A stretch of 64,000 nucleotides of DNA from an uncultured Candidatus Saccharibacteria bacterium. GTDB lineage: Bacteria; Patescibacteriota; Doudnabacteria; UBA920. The stretch is taken from NCBI GenBank assembly GCA_964532425.1, contig CAZHIA010000003.1, forward strand, positions 201,748-265,747, given 5' to 3'. The notes below the pieces were generated by a model. It saw nothing but the letters and a program-made list of their open reading frames with translations. It made no database searches and had not been told where the DNA came from. The translations under genes and the position numbers were made by a program. Positions 63,071 to 64,000 of this stretch are shown in pieces (position 1 is the stretch's first letter; every line of letters starts with the position of its first letter).

Positions 63071-63850
63071 TTACTTCATGTACAAAAATGCGGTTTTCAA
63101 CTTCTTCCCGTTGAAATACAGATCAAGCGTATGCCGGCCCGGCCCCGCTGCCGGTACCTGCAAGTTAACCTGTACGGTCGCGAATCGCTTTGGTGCCGCA
63201 CCGACAAACAACACAGTTTCTCCCGGCTGGACCTGGCCGTCAAACGTCCAGGACAGCACACCTTTCGGCTTGGGCAGCCATTCACCCGTAGGAGCGATTC
63301 CCGGCGGCAGCGGATTATCAAACATACCGAAAGCCGTGCCGAGCAATGCTACGAACCCAGGCGACGAAGCTGGTAATGGGTTGACGTAATCCACAGCTGC
63401 GTATGGCGGCAGGGCGCTTAAGACTATCGGATCGCCGCCGGCATCCTGGAATAAAGCCGGTGAGGCCTCGTGGACAAACACCTTTACCGGTTCGCTCGCC
63501 ATGCCGTTATTGTTGACGACGATAGCGGCATTATTACCAGGTGCCAGGTACGGGGTTACGAAGTTAATCTGCTGCGGCGAGACGTACAAGAGGTTGCACA
63601 TCACGCCGTTTACACTGACCGTGACCCCGCCTAAGCTGTATGGTAGTGGCGTGGATGGGTTACTGTAGTCAGCCTGGACACTGTAGATGGCCAGGTTGTT
63701 CCCTTTTATGGTATATACCGCACCGGGAGTGATAGCACCCACTTCCCCTGCGGGATTGGTTATACCGGAGAAGTCAAATTTGGGTACCTGGGTTTGCTGA
63801 GCGGCTGCCAGGATGGCAACCAGCAAAAATACCGACGCGAACTTGCACAT
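63071..63850 (-). CDS. secreted protein with TIGR03437-like (Solibacter-type) C-terminal domain
   Basis: signal peptide; ...LLYVSPQQINFVTP... and ...ATVQVNLQVPAAGPG... resemble IPT/TIG-like module and the QVN.QVP hallmark. Confidence 0.45.
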   Translation of the reverse strand: MCKFASVFLLVAILAAAQQTQVPKFDFSGITNPAGEVGAITPGAVYTIKGNNLAIYSVQADYSNPSTPLPYSLGGVTVSVNGVMCNLLYVSPQQINFVTPYLAPGNNAAIVVNNNGMASEPVKVFVHEASPALFQDAGGDPIVLSALPPYAAVDYVNPLPASSPGFVALLGTAFGMFDNPLPPGIAPTGEWLPKPKGVLSWTFDGQVQPGETVLFVGAAPKRFATVQVNLQVPAAGPGRHTLDLYFNGKKLKTAFLYMK

Positions 63851-64000
63851 GAACTTCCTCCTCTGGGATCAGACTTCCGCCAAACACGTGCCGGAAATCT
63901 TCATATCATAGAAGGAAAAGGTAACTTTGTCAAAAGGGAAAACAGCCGTCAAATTTTACCCTCGGCTAACCATTTTTGTTCGAGTTTCCGGATCTCTGAT

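Overview
This is a 64 kb bacterial chromosomal window of roughly 50% GC, with most genes on the minus strand. I cannot place the organism from the sequence: the split transketolase, an OMP-like protein and a TIGR03437-like secreted protein give mixed signals. The conserved backbone is a dcw cluster (mraZ-rsmH-ftsL-ftsI), a histidine kinase/response regulator pair, dinB, mreB, rnhA-recJ, a long central-carbon operon (gpmI, pgk, gap, PfkB-type kinase, transketolase C-subunit, transketolase N-subunit, rpe, rpiB, tpiA), a galT-like gene, ruvX/yqgF, htrA, dnaX and a VirD4/TraG-like P-loop ATPase. The accessory content is more unusual. First, a tRNA locus (6527-7046) holds a tRNA-Pro(UGG)-like gene split by a ~370-nt insertion carrying a GIY-YIG (YhbQ-like) nuclease gene and an intact tRNA-Gln(UUG) framed by perfect 15-bp inverted repeats. 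Next to it lies a higher-GC block with three hypothetical genes and a stand-alone rtcB. Second, a 448-bp terminal-inverted-repeat cassette (42761-43208) encodes a GxxExxY nuclease-like protein, and two ~100-bp MITE-like derivatives of it lie upstream of mreB and rpiB, where the element terminus supplies the SD-like box and, at tktC and rpiB, the start codon. Third, two more small nuclease-family cassettes (GxxExxY, DUF559) sit with flanking repeats inside the glycolysis/pentose-phosphate operon. Fourth, at least five further families of palindromic MITE/REP-like intergenic repeats are present, two of which coincide with in-frame insertions in dinB. Fifth, six DnaA-box-like motifs cluster upstream of mraZ. 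Sixth, an ~830-bp ORF-free, hairpin-rich segment (14930-15760) may be a structured RNA or pseudogene remnant. I worked from the printed sequence by eye, so coordinates of small features may be off by 1-2 nt. Several CDS starts were moved downstream of the ORF-track start on the basis of Shine-Dalgarno placement and family-typical N-termini.
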